Of a stretch of DNA of 64,000 nucleotides, positions 9,786-20,300 are shown one piece after another (within the stretch, counting starts at the first letter, position 1; each line of letters begins with the position of its first letter). Source of the stretch: an uncultured Candidatus Binatia bacterium (lineage in GTDB: Bacteria > Desulfobacterota > Binatia > UBA9968 > JAJDTQ01). The stretch covers positions 2,560,001 to 2,624,000 of the forward strand of contig OZ243916.1 in NCBI GenBank assembly GCA_965213675.1. The letters are read 5' to 3'. The position numbers were made by a program, and so were the translations under genes. The notes under the pieces are model-generated. The model worked only from the letters and a program-made list of their open reading frames with translations. It had not been told where the DNA came from and did not search any database.

Positions 9786-10583
9786 ATGAGAGACCTCGGA
9801 CTCAAGGACAAGGTGGTGCTCATCACCGGCGGCGCCGGCGTGCTCGGCACGGCGTTCGCCCAGGGCTTCGCCGACCACGGCGCCAGACTCGCCATCAACG
9901 ACCTCCGGGAGGAGAAGGCCCTGGAATGCATCGGCAAGCTTGCCGGTGACGCGGAAGCGATCCCTGCCCCCGCCGACGTCTCGGACGACGCCGACGTGGC
10001 GCGCATGGCGGCAGCCGTGGCGGAGCGCTTCGGTGCCATCGACGTGCTCGTCAACGCCGCCGCCGTGCAGGTCTACCCGCCCAAGACCATCAGCGAGATG
10101 GAACCCGGCGAGTGGGACTTCGTCCTCAACATCTGCCTCAAGGCCGCCTACCTCACCACCCGCCACGTGGCGCCGGTGATGAAGCGCCAGGGCGGCGGCA
10201 AGATCGTCAACATCGCCTCCATCGCCGGACACCGCGGCACCGCCGGCGGCTCCGCCTACAGCGCCGCCAAGGGCGGCGTCGTCATGCTCACCCGGCAGAT
10301 GGCCGTGGAACTCGGGCGCGACAACATCAACGTCAACTCCGTCAGCCCAGGTTTCACCCCCAACCGCCTCACCACGATCTACGAGTACGAAGCCATCGCC
10401 AAGGGCGCCAGCGAGGGCCCCGAGCCCGCCCACGCCGCCGGCGAGTTCACCCCGCCCGCCCTGGGCCGCAAGGGCGAAATCGAAGACTTCGTCGGCCCCG
10501 TGCTCTTCCTCGCCTCCCAATGGGCCGACTACATCACCGGAGCCGACCTGCCGGTGGAGGGAGGGCGCATGGCGGCGCGGTGA
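9786..10583 (+). CDS. SDR family NAD(P)-dependent oxidoreductase
   Basis: TGGAGVLG, DVLVNAA, IVNIAS, YSAAK, VNSVSPG. Confidence 0.95.
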   Translation: MRDLGLKDKVVLITGGAGVLGTAFAQGFADHGARLAINDLREEKALECIGKLAGDAEAIPAPADVSDDADVARMAAAVAERFGAIDVLVNAAAVQVYPPKTISEMEPGEWDFVLNICLKAAYLTTRHVAPVMKRQGGGKIVNIASIAGHRGTAGGSAYSAAKGGVVMLTRQMAVELGRDNINVNSVSPGFTPNRLTTIYEYEAIAKGASEGPEPAHAAGEFTPPALGRKGEIEDFVGPVLFLASQWADYITGADLPVEGGRMAAR

Positions 10584-10787
10584 GGCTTCGTCGCCTGGCA
10601 GTGGCTCGGTTGGCAATGCCGGGCTCCAGGAGCCATCCCTCGGATGGTTCAACGGACATGGGTCCCTTTCCGTTGGCCTTCGACCCATCCAACGCGGGCT
10701 GGGTGTGGGTAACAGGCTTGCCCGCACATGCAGCCGGCTGCTAGACTGGTACCCTGCCTTGGTTCCCGGCCGCCCACCCAACCAATC

Positions 10788-10863
<76 letters not shown>

Positions 10864-11098
10864 GTTGTGGGTGAGGCGAACGACCTCAACCGACCGATCA
10901 CCAAACTTGACGCGACGCGGTGACCGGACGCACCACCCCAACTGAAACACCTTCCGGAACATCCGCGGATCTGTCGGCGTCGGAAATGACCAAGACCGTG
11001 CAGGCCTAGGCTGCGTGAGTCCCTTGGTCGACCGATGACCGCCTCGGCGGCGCTCCAACCATTCCAGTGGTTAAGCGGTTCCTGGCGGACGCGCCGCG

Positions 11099-12160
11099 TC
11101 AGGAGGACGCGGCGGCGCAGGGGAAAGCGATGACGTCCACGGGGCGCACCGTCACGCGCACTCGGGTGCGGGCGGACAGAACGTGCGTGGAGGGCTGGCT
11201 GCTGCGAACGTGCGCACCCGACGGAAGGGTCACCTGATACAGGTTCTCGGCGCCGCGGAAACGCCGGCGCGCCACCACCCCGTTACCGTCCTCCGCGGGT
11301 TCCAACTGCACCTCGTCCGGCCGTACCAGAACGTCGACTCGCGTATCAGCGGGCAGTCCGGGATCGTTGGGAAACGTCCCCACCTCGGTCTTGATGCCGT
11401 CGCCCACCACCCCGGGAATGAAGTCCGACCGGCCCACGAACTCGGCGACAAAACGCGTCCGCGGCTGGCGGTAGAGCACCTCGGGCTCGGAGATCTGTTC
11501 CAGCACACCCCGGTTGAGGATGCCGATGCGGTCCGCCAGCGTAAACGCCTCTTCCTGGTCATGGGTCACGATAATGGCGCTGGTTTCCGACTCGTGCAGG
11601 ATCCGCAGCAACTCCTCGCGCATCTCCGCCCTCATGTCAGCGTCGAGGTTGCTGAAGGGTTCGTCCAGCAACAACACCAGGGGATTGGGCGCCAGCGCCC
11701 GCGCCAACGCCACGCGCTGCTGCTGGCCACCGGAGATCTCGTGGGGATAGCGGGTGGCCAACTCGTCCATGTCCACCGCGGCCAGCACCTGGCGCGCCGT
11801 GGCCTCGCGCTCGTGGCGCGCCGGCCCCCGCAGCCCGAACATGACGTTCTCCAGCAGGGTCAGATGCGGGAACAGGGCATAGTCCTGGAAGACCATGCCG
11901 ATGCGCCGTTTCTCGGGCTCGATCCACATGCCGTCGCCGGAGAGCGGCGCTCCGTTGAGCAGAATCCTGCCGCTGTCAGGCCGATCAAAACCCGCAATCA
12001 TGCGCAGGGTCGTGGTCTTGCCCGAGCCGCTGGGACCGAGCAGCGCCAGGATCTCCCGTTCCCCCAGTGTGAGGCTCACATGGGACACCGCGACCGGGGC
12101 GATGCGCGCATGGGTCTTGGAGACATCCTCGAGAGTGATCAGGGACACCGGCGTCCTCAC
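11099..12160 (-). CDS. ABC transporter ATP-binding protein (FbpC/PotA type, TOBE domain)
   Basis: [52 protein letters not shown]. Confidence 0.93.
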   Translation of the reverse strand: MRTPVSLITLEDVSKTHARIAPVAVSHVSLTLGEREILALLGPSGSGKTTTLRMIAGFDRPDSGRILLNGAPLSGDGMWIEPEKRRIGMVFQDYALFPHLTLLENVMFGLRGPARHEREATARQVLAAVDMDELATRYPHEISGGQQQRVALARALAPNPLVLLLDEPFSNLDADMRAEMREELLRILHESETSAIIVTHDQEEAFTLADRIGILNRGVLEQISEPEVLYRQPRTRFVAEFVGRSDFIPGVVGDGIKTEVGTFPNDPGLPADTRVDVLVRPDEVQLEPAEDGNGVVARRRFRGAENLYQVTLPSGAHVRSSQPSTHVLSARTRVRVTVRPVDVIAFPCAAASS

Positions 12161-13506
12161 GCTTCACGCACACCGGCCGGCGAAGCGCCCTCGCCGCACT
12201 CCAGCCACCAGCGGTCCAGGTCCCGTAGCGCCCGTTCCGCCATGAACTCCTTCTTGCGCCGGCCCTTCGTCTTGAAGGGCAGCGACGGGAAGAGCCCGAA
12301 GTTGACGTTCATGGGCTGAAAGTCCCGGCGCCCGGCATCGGACACGTAGCCGAGCAGGGCGCCCAGCGCCGTGGTGGCGGGCGGCGTCACCGGCCTGGCC
12401 CCGGCCATCAGCCGGGCGGCGTTGACGCCGGCGAGGAGGCCGGACGCGGCCGATTCGATGTAGCCCTCGACGCCGGTGATCTGGCCGGCGAAGAAAAGCC
12501 GCGAGCCGCCGCGCCACTGCAGCGTCGGCCACAGGTGCCGCGGCGCATTGATGTAGGTGTTGCGGTGCAGGCTGCCGTAGCGCACGAACACCGCCTTGGC
12601 CAGTCCCGGGATGAGCGAGAACACGCGCTTCTGCTCGGGATGGGTCATCTTGGTCTGAAACCCCACGAGGTTGTACAGGGTCCCCTCGCGGTTCTCCTGG
12701 CGCAACTGCACCACCGCGTAGGGCCTCTCTCCCGAAGCCGGATCCATGAGCCCGGTGGGGCGCATGGGTCCGAAGGCCAGGGTCTCGCGCCCGCGCCGGG
12801 CCATCTCCTCCACGGGGAGACAGCCCTCGAAAAAGCGCTCGAAGCTGCGCGCCGGCACCTTCTCCGCCGCCACCACCGAGTCCACCAGCCGGTAGTATTC
12901 CGCCTGGGTCAACGGCAGGTTCAGATAATCGCCAGGGTTCTCGTCGTAGCGGGACGCGCGAAACGCCACCGACGCATCCACGGACTCGGCGGTGACCACC
13001 GGCGAGATGGCATCGTAGTAGTAGAGATGCTCGGCCCCCAGCAGCTCCCGCAGGCGCTCCGAAAAAGGCGCCGAGGTCAGCGGCCCGGTGGCGACGATGG
13101 TCGGGCCCGGCGGAATGGAATCGATCTCCCGGCGCATCAGGCGCAGGCCCGGCAACGACGACACGCGTTCGGAAACGGCCTCGGCGAAGCGCACCCGGTC
13201 CACCGCCAGGGCGGAGCCCGCGGGCACCTGGTGCGCCTCACCGAGTTCGATCATCAACGAGCCCATGCGGCGCATCTCTTCCTTCAGCAACCCGGCGCCG
13301 GTGGTCAATGACAGGGAACGGAACGAATTGCTGCACACCAGCTCGGCCAGATGACCGGTGGTGTGCGCCTCCGTCCGGCGCGCCGGCCTCATCTCGTACA
13401 GGTCCACCGGCACGCCCCGCCGGGCGAGCTGCCACGCGGCCTCGCACCCCGCGAGCCCGCCGCCCACGACGTTGACGCGCCCGGTATTGTCACTCTGCGT
13501 GTTCAT
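12157..13506 (-). CDS. trmFO: FADH2-oxidizing tRNA (uracil-54-C5)-methyltransferase TrmFO
   Basis: [66 protein letters not shown]. Confidence 0.96.
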   Translation of the reverse strand: MNTQSDNTGRVNVVGGGLAGCEAAWQLARRGVPVDLYEMRPARRTEAHTTGHLAELVCSNSFRSLSLTTGAGLLKEEMRRMGSLMIELGEAHQVPAGSALAVDRVRFAEAVSERVSSLPGLRLMRREIDSIPPGPTIVATGPLTSAPFSERLRELLGAEHLYYYDAISPVVTAESVDASVAFRASRYDENPGDYLNLPLTQAEYYRLVDSVVAAEKVPARSFERFFEGCLPVEEMARRGRETLAFGPMRPTGLMDPASGERPYAVVQLRQENREGTLYNLVGFQTKMTHPEQKRVFSLIPGLAKAVFVRYGSLHRNTYINAPRHLWPTLQWRGGSRLFFAGQITGVEGYIESAASGLLAGVNAARLMAGARPVTPPATTALGALLGYVSDAGRRDFQPMNVNFGLFPSLPFKTKGRRKKEFMAERALRDLDRWWLECGEGASPAGVREA

Positions 13507-13521
13507 GGGTTCAGACGCGAA

Positions 13522-13550
13522 GGGGCGGCAGACTGGATCTCTGCCGCCCC
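13522..13550. other. GC-rich 11-bp stem-loop between dprA and trmFO
   Basis: GGGGCGGCAGA-ctggatc-TCTGCCGCCCC perfect inverted repeat about 15 nt upstream of the trmFO start; weak U-tract. Confidence 0.6.
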
Positions 13551-13667
13551 CACCGCAAACATCTCCCTAGTGTGGTGTCTGGTTAATTCGCGTCATAATC
13601 TGCGGGTCTTGATCCATCCATACCACAAGGGCATGTCCAACGTAAGGCGTTCCTGGAATCCCGAACG

Positions 13668-14867
13668 TCACCGTGCGACTCCGGCGTTGCCAGCGACAGC
13701 CGCGTTCAGAGCCCATCTGTTTCCCGGCAACTGTCTGAGCAGGCCCTGAAGCTCCAGCTCCAGTAGAACCTCACCGACCTGCTGGGCAAGAAGACCCGTT
13801 CGGTCCATGATCTCGTCGATTTGCCGGGGGCCGGCCTCCAGAGTCCGCAGGACCGCGCCGGCCGCGCCACCGGGCAGTTCACGGGCGGGACCGTCCTCTC
13901 CCGATTCCACCGGCGCTCCCGGACGAGCGTCGCGTTCCGCGGCCTGCGCCGCCAGTTGGGGCGCGATCTCCTCAATGACATCGCTCACGTCCTCCACCAG
14001 CTTGGCTCCCTGCCGGATGAGCCGATGGGGGCCGCGGCTGCGGCTGGCGCGCGCCGGGCCGGGCACGGCGAAGACCTCGCGCCCCTGTTCCAGGGCCAGG
14101 CGCGCCGTGATGAGGGAACCGCTGCGTTCGGTGGCCTCCACCACCACCACGCCCAGGGACAACCCACTGATGAGGCGGTTGCGCGACGGAAAGTGGCGCG
14201 CCAGCGGACGCGTGCCCAGGGGATGCTCCGAGAGCACCGCGCCGCTCCCCTCGATACGACGGCTCAGGTCACGGTGCTCGGGCGGATAGGGTACGTCCAC
14301 CCCCGAACCCAGCGCTGCCACGGTCCAGCCGCCGCCGTCGAGGGCCGCCTCGTGGGCGTGGCGGTCGATGCCCCGGGCCATGCCGCTCGCCACCACGATG
14401 CCCGCCGCGGCCAACCCCCGGCACAGCAGCCGGGTCATCTCGCGCCCGTAGTCGCTCGGTGCGCGCGTCCCGACGACACCCACCGCCGCATACCCCGCCA
14501 CCTCCGGCGCCCCCCGGACGTAGAGCACCGGGGGCGGATCGTGTATGGCGCGCAGCCGTTCCGGATACGCCGGGTCCGTGTACCGCACCAGCCGCACCCC
14601 GGCTTCGCGCACCCGCCGCATCTCTTCCGCCACACGGTCCCACGCCGAGAACGCGAGCAGCCCTTTCACCGCGGGCCGGGTCAGCCCGTCAATCTCGCGC
14701 AACGCGCCGCGCCCGGCGAAGAACGCTTCGGTGGGGTCCTGAAAGGCTTCCGCGAGCCGCCGGAACCCTACGCAACCAAGGCCCGAAACTTCACCGAACG
14801 CGAGCCAGGCGAGGTCCCTCCGGCTCTCGCCCGCTGTCCCGTCGAACGCGCCCGCCGCACCGCGCAC
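13668..14867 (-). CDS. dprA: DNA-processing protein DprA
   Basis: GTG start overlapping the der stop; YPERLRAIHDPPPVLY, VVGTR, SGMARGID..AH, FPSRNRLISGLS, EATERSGSLITA, C-terminal winged helix. Confidence 0.94.
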   Translation of the reverse strand: MRGAAGAFDGTAGESRRDLAWLAFGEVSGLGCVGFRRLAEAFQDPTEAFFAGRGALREIDGLTRPAVKGLLAFSAWDRVAEEMRRVREAGVRLVRYTDPAYPERLRAIHDPPPVLYVRGAPEVAGYAAVGVVGTRAPSDYGREMTRLLCRGLAAAGIVVASGMARGIDRHAHEAALDGGGWTVAALGSGVDVPYPPEHRDLSRRIEGSGAVLSEHPLGTRPLARHFPSRNRLISGLSLGVVVVEATERSGSLITARLALEQGREVFAVPGPARASRSRGPHRLIRQGAKLVEDVSDVIEEIAPQLAAQAAERDARPGAPVESGEDGPARELPGGAAGAVLRTLEAGPRQIDEIMDRTGLLAQQVGEVLLELELQGLLRQLPGNRWALNAAVAGNAGVAR

Positions 14868-16210
14868 TACTTCTCTTCCTTGCCCGCGCGCGCCCGGAAG
14901 GTGAGGCGCAGGGGCGAGTGCTCCAGGCCCAGCTCTCCGCGCAGCGCCTTTACGAGGTAGCGCTGGTAGCCGGCGCCGAAGCCTTCGGGATTGTTCACGA
15001 ACAGGGTGAACGTCGGCGGGCGCACGTCCGTCTGCGTGGCGTAATAGATCTTCATGGGGCGCCCGCGAAGCTGCGGAGCGCCATGGCGCTCCGCAAGACG
15101 CCGCAACACCCGGTTGAGCACCGGGGTCTTGATCCACCGCCGCTGCCCCTCGCCCACCCGAATCACCGTATCCATCAGCCTGTTCATGCCCGAACCCTCC
15201 ATTGCCGACAAAGATACAATCGGCACGTGATCGGCGAACGGTAGCCGCTGGTGCAAAAAATTCCGGTATTCGCGCAGACTCACCTGTTCCGTGTCCAACA
15301 GATCCCACTTGTTGATGCCCAGGACCATGCCCTTGCCCCGCTGCGAGGCATAGGACATCACCTGTGCGTCCTGGTCGGTCACGCCTTCGGCCGCGTCCAG
15401 GAGATGGATGACCACGTCCCCGGCGTCCACCGAGCGCAGGGCGCGGCTCACGCTGTAACGCTCCACCGGATCCACCACCCGCGCCTTGCGCCGGATGCCC
15501 GCCGTATCGGTGAGGCGGCAAACCGTTCCGTTCCAGGTGAAATCGGCCTGAAGCGCGTCCCGGGTGGTGCCGGGCCGGGCATCCACCAGGGAACGGTCGT
15601 AGCCCAGAAGCCGGTTCACCAGCGTGGACTTGCCCACGTTGGGGCGGCCCACCACCGCCAGCGCCAGGGTCTCCACCCCATGGCGGGCACCCGCCGCTTC
15701 CCGTGGCAGGGCGTCCACCACCTCCTGCATCAGGTCCGCGACCCCGAGCCCATGCTCCGCCGAGAGCGGATAAAGGCGTTCCACCCCCAATCGGTAGAAT
15801 TCGTAGAGATCGCTTTCGCGCGGCCCGGTGTCGAGCTTGTTCACCGCATAGAACACGGGCTTGGAGGCCTGCCGCAGCAGTTTCACCGCAGCCGTGTCCG
15901 GCGGCATGGGGCCGGTGCGGCCGTCCAGAAGGAACACGATGACGTCGGCCTCGGCCACCGCGGTCATGGTCTGTTGCAGGATGCGCCCCTTGAGTCCCTC
16001 GCGCTCGTCCGGCTCCATCCCCCCGGTGTCCACCAGCACGAAGCCATGCCGGCGCCACGACACCTCGTTGTAGTTGCGGTCCCGGGTCACCCCCGGCTGA
16101 TCGCCCACGATGGCGCGGCGCGCGCGGCTCAGGCGGTTGAACAGCGTGGACTTGCCCACGTTGGGCCGTCCCACGATGGCCACCACCGGCAAATTTTCGG
16201 ATGTCTTCAT
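14867..16210 (-). CDS. der: Ribosome biogenesis GTPase Der
   Basis: Two tandem GTPase domains (GRPNVGKSTL twice, DTGG/DTAG, NKLD/NKWD) and a KH-like C-terminus. Confidence 0.97.
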   Translation of the reverse strand: MKTSENLPVVAIVGRPNVGKSTLFNRLSRARRAIVGDQPGVTRDRNYNEVSWRRHGFVLVDTGGMEPDEREGLKGRILQQTMTAVAEADVIVFLLDGRTGPMPPDTAAVKLLRQASKPVFYAVNKLDTGPRESDLYEFYRLGVERLYPLSAEHGLGVADLMQEVVDALPREAAGARHGVETLALAVVGRPNVGKSTLVNRLLGYDRSLVDARPGTTRDALQADFTWNGTVCRLTDTAGIRRKARVVDPVERYSVSRALRSVDAGDVVIHLLDAAEGVTDQDAQVMSYASQRGKGMVLGINKWDLLDTEQVSLREYRNFLHQRLPFADHVPIVSLSAMEGSGMNRLMDTVIRVGEGQRRWIKTPVLNRVLRRLAERHGAPQLRGRPMKIYYATQTDVRPPTFTLFVNNPEGFGAGYQRYLVKALRGELGLEHSPLRLTFRARAGKEEK

Positions 16211-16332
16211 GTTCCGCTTGATTCAGTGTCCTTGGCGGTAGAACGTCGCCCCACACCGTCATTCCGGCGGAACAGGCGTGTCAAAACTCCGCCTCCGAGG
16301 CGGAGTCCCGCATACGGGCGCCGCGAAGTCCG

Positions 16333-17262
16333 CTACAGTCCGAAGGCCGCCAGACTCCGCGGGTCCCGGCTCCAGCCGGGCGTGGCCTTGACCGCGAGTT
16401 CCAGGTAGACGCGGCAACCGAGCAGCCGTTCGAGGTCCTCCCGCGCGGCGGTGCCCGTCTCCTTGAGCGCCGCGCCACGCTTGCCGATGAGGATCGGCTT
16501 GTGGCTGTCCCGCTCGGTGTGGATGGTGGCGGCGATGACCACGAGGGCGCCGTCGTTCTTCTCCTCGAAGCGCTGCACCGATACTGCGGTGCCGTAGGGA
16601 ATTTCCTGACGGGTGCGCAGAAAGACCTTTTCGCGGATGATCTCCGCGGCGATGAAGCGTTCCGTCTGGTCGGTCAATTCATCCCCGGGAAAATAACGCG
16701 GCCCCACGGGCAACCGGTCGAGGATCCCCTCCACCAACAGCGGCACGTTCTCCCCGGTGCGCGCGCTGAGCGGCACGATCTCGCGCTCGGGCAGCAACGC
16801 CGCCAACCGCGCCATCACCGGCAATAGCCGCCCCTTGGCCACCGCGTCGATCTTGTTCAGCGCGATCAGGGTGGGGTGGCGGCTGCTGGCGAGGATCCCG
16901 GCGATGTCCTCGTCATCCCCGCGGATGCCGCCGCGCGCATCCACCACCCACACCACCGCCTCGACATCGCCCAACGAGCGCCTGGCCACATCCACCATGC
17001 GCCGGTTCAACAGAGAACGGGCGCGATGGATGCCCGGCGTATCCAACAACAAGATCTGACCCCGAGGGTCCGTCTTGATGCCCAGGATCCGGTTGCGCGT
17101 GGTCTGCGGCCGGGGCGAGACGATGGCGATCTTCTCACCCAGGAGCTGGTTCAGCAGCGTGGACTTGCCGACGTTGGGGCGCCCCAGGAGCGCGACGAAT
17201 CCCGACCGGAACTCCGCCGACTCCGGCGCGTGCCCCTCAAGCATGGCCTCGTCTTCCCCCAT
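16333..17262 (-). CDS. era: GTPase Era
   Basis: SGFVALLGRPNVGKSTLLN, PQTTRNRILGI, DTPGIH, NKID, EIIREK, EIPY, ILIGKRG. Confidence 0.97.
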   Translation of the reverse strand: MGEDEAMLEGHAPESAEFRSGFVALLGRPNVGKSTLLNQLLGEKIAIVSPRPQTTRNRILGIKTDPRGQILLLDTPGIHRARSLLNRRMVDVARRSLGDVEAVVWVVDARGGIRGDDEDIAGILASSRHPTLIALNKIDAVAKGRLLPVMARLAALLPEREIVPLSARTGENVPLLVEGILDRLPVGPRYFPGDELTDQTERFIAAEIIREKVFLRTRQEIPYGTAVSVQRFEEKNDGALVVIAATIHTERDSHKPILIGKRGAALKETGTAAREDLERLLGCRVYLELAVKATPGWSRDPRSLAAFGL

Positions 17263-17268
17263 GGCGTC

Positions 17269-17277
17269 ATTATGGCA
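17269..17277 (-). promoter_or_regulatory. Putative extended -10 promoter (TGcCATAAT), possibly giving a leaderless era transcript
   Basis: TGCCATAAT lies 6 nt upstream of the ATG at 17262; no SD sequence. Confidence 0.4.
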
Positions 17278-17365
17278 CGGCGGGCGACGCAAAGTGAATG
17301 AAAAAGAAGGATTGGCCACAACTTGTGACAGGAAATCTCATGTGACAGATCCTATGCAACGGGCG

Positions 17366-20300
17366 TCACCGTGCCCGGCGCACGTGCAGGAAGGCGCGCA
17401 ACGCCAAGTCCAGCAGGAAGACGCCGAGGCCGGCGGCCGCCAACGCCCACCAGATGCCCCGGACCGAGGCCGACGCGTCGGGGTCGGCGGTGAACAGGCG
17501 CCCGATGTCCTCCGACAGGGTGTCCGGGCGCAACACCTTGCCGCCGGTCTCCCGGGCCAACCGCTCCAGCAACTCGCGGTTGGCGTTCATGTCGCGATAC
17601 TCCCGCGAGAACGGAACGATGAACGGGATGGTGAAGGCGACCGCGGGCGCGCCGGGACGCGGCGGCAAGCCCGGCGACAAGGACGACGACAACGCCGGAG
17701 CGGACGCAGGCGTCGGGCCGCCCTCCGGAGCGCCGCCCGACGGCTGCTGGACGGTAAGCAGGTTGATGCCCCGGCTGGGAGTGGCGAAGCGGGTCTCGTA
17801 GCGGCCTGGCGCCACCTGCCGGAAGTGTTCCTGCTGCAAGGTCTCGTCGGCGCGGGTGAGCAGCCCCTGGAGATTCAGGTGGTTCACCGGCCGTCCCGAG
17901 GCCGAGAAGAAGTCCACCACCGCGCTCATGGACTCGCCCTCGCGCACGAAATTCGTGCGCAGCCGGTGGTCGGAGACGTTCCTCACCGCCAGCCGGGCCA
18001 TCTGCGCGGCCCACCTGGAGAACCCCGGCCACTGCACCCAGTGGCGCCCCCAGCGGCCCGACACATCGGAGGTAAAGGCGTACACCTGGCCCAGCCCGTG
18101 GCGCCACGAGACGAGCAACGGGTCCTCGCCGGCGCGCAGATGGACCTCGGCGCCGGGCTTCACGTGCGTCAGCACGTATCCCAGGATCGGCGGCAGTTCC
18201 GCGGTGAGCCCGCGCATGGGCCCCGCCACCCCCAGCGCCACCGGCGTCACGGTCTTCTCCACCAGCAGATCCCGCGAGATGAGCAGCGTCTCGGTGGTGA
18301 AGATCTGCGGGATGGTGCGCGGGTCCACGGTGGCGTAGCTGCGACCCTGGCCGCCTTGGGCGAGCCGGGTCATGAGCCGGCGATCGGCGTCGCCGCCGAT
18401 GGAGACCGTGGACACGGTGATGCGCTCCCCGGCCATACGCGTCACCTGCGCCACGAGGTCCGCCTTTTCGGTAAGCCCGTCGGACAGCACCAGCACATGC
18501 TTGATGGCGGCCTCCTCGGCGGCAAGGACGCGATGGCCTTCCACCATGGCCTTGAGGAGATCGGTGCCACCGTCGGGGGTGAGCCCGGCGACGTCCCCGG
18601 CGATACTCTCCCCGCCACCGGCCTGGCGGAACGGCACCACCCATTCCCAGTTGGAGTCGAACGCCAGGATGCCGATTTCATCGCCCGGATTGAGCAACTC
18701 GGCGGACGCCATCGTCGCGGCCTTGGCCAGGTCCAGCTTGGTGGTGCCGAAGGGGCCGCTGCCCATGCTGCCGGACTTGTCCACCACGAAGAGCAGCGCC
18801 ACGTGGGGCAGTTCCATGCGCACCGGCGGGCGCATCTCCACCGGCAGCGTCTGCTCCAGCGGCGTGCGGTAGTAGCCGCCGGCGCCGTAGCTGCGGGCGC
18901 CGCCGAGCACGATGAGGCCGCCGCCGAGATCGCGCACGAAGCGTTCGATACGCTCCATCTTCACTTGGGAGAGCTGGTAGGCCGGGACGTTGTCCAGCAC
19001 CAACAGGTCGAAGCCGGACAGTTCGGGCAGCGTGAGATTGGCCCGCGCCGGGGTCTTCTCCACCACCTCGTAACCCTGGACCCGGAGCGCCTCGGCCATG
19101 AAGCGGCGCGCCGCGTCCGCGCCGTGGAGGTAGAGGATGCGGGAAGGTCCCTTGACGCTGACGATGCCCTGCAACAGGTTGTTCTCGGCCAGCACGTCCG
19201 CGGCCGCCTCCACCATCAGCTCGTAGGTGTGCGTGCCGCGCCGCTCCACGCTGTCGGTGAAGCTGAGCCAGTTGGCCCCGGGAGCCAGTTCCCGGCGGGT
19301 GGAGCGGATCACGCGTCCGTCGCGCAGCAGGGAGATGTTCGCCGACGACGCCGCGGCGCTGGTGAGGGCGGCCTTGATCTCGAAGGTCTCGCCGCTGTCC
19401 ACCACCGAGGGCGCCTGGAAATCGGACAGGTAGACCTCGTTCCGGCCTTCCGCGAGGCTCACCGGATACGGCCACACGGCCACGCCGTGGGAACGCAGCA
19501 TGGGCAGCACCCGCTCCACCGAGCCGCGGTTCTCGTTGGCGTCGGAGATGAGCAGGATGCGGCTCTCGCGCCCCTCGCTCAACTCCCCCAAGGCCCCTTG
19601 AATGGCCGCCGCCAGGTCGGTGACGTCGCGCTCGGGCGGCGGCGGCAGCTCGCTCACCGGGATCTCCCCAGTGGGGAGAAACTCCCACTGGGGACGCCGC
19701 GCAAAGGCAAAGAGCCCCAGGCGAACCTTGGGATTCACCCGTTCCCGCGCGCGCTCCAGCACGTCCGCGGCGCGCGCGCGGGCCTCCTCTCCAACACTGT
19801 GGGATAGGTCCACGGCCATGACCACGTCCAGCTCGGGATCCTCCGCCAGCATGCGCGGGTTCACCAGCGCCAGCGCCAGAACCGCCGCCGCGGGAATCCG
19901 CAGCCACAGCGGCCGCAGCGACCGGCGCGCGCGGCACACCACCACACACTCCGCCAGGAGAAGGGCCAGACCCAGCGCCAGCAGCGCCGGCCACAGGTCG
20001 AAGCGCGCTCCCGGGACATGGCCGGCCGCTGCCGGCGCCGCCTCCGACGGCTCGGCCCGATACGAGGGGCGGATGCGCGACTCCTCCTCGCTGAACAGGT
20101 TCACCGCGAACTCGCCATCGCCGCGCGGCCCGCGGAACTGGTAGAAACCCACCTCCTCGGTGTCGCCGTAGGTGCCGGTGCGTTCCCGGGTTTCCACGGG
20201 TACGGTCTCGCCCGACGGGCTCACGAACACCAGTTGTTCCCCGTCCACGCCCACGTCGGCCACGAACGGCAGGCCCGCGGCCACCTGGCTGGCGGGAAAC

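Noticed and set aside
13668-16262. 864-aa ORF suggesting an N-terminally extended DprA
   Set aside because: The N-terminal half is an alternate frame over der; DprA similarity begins near the GTG at 14867.
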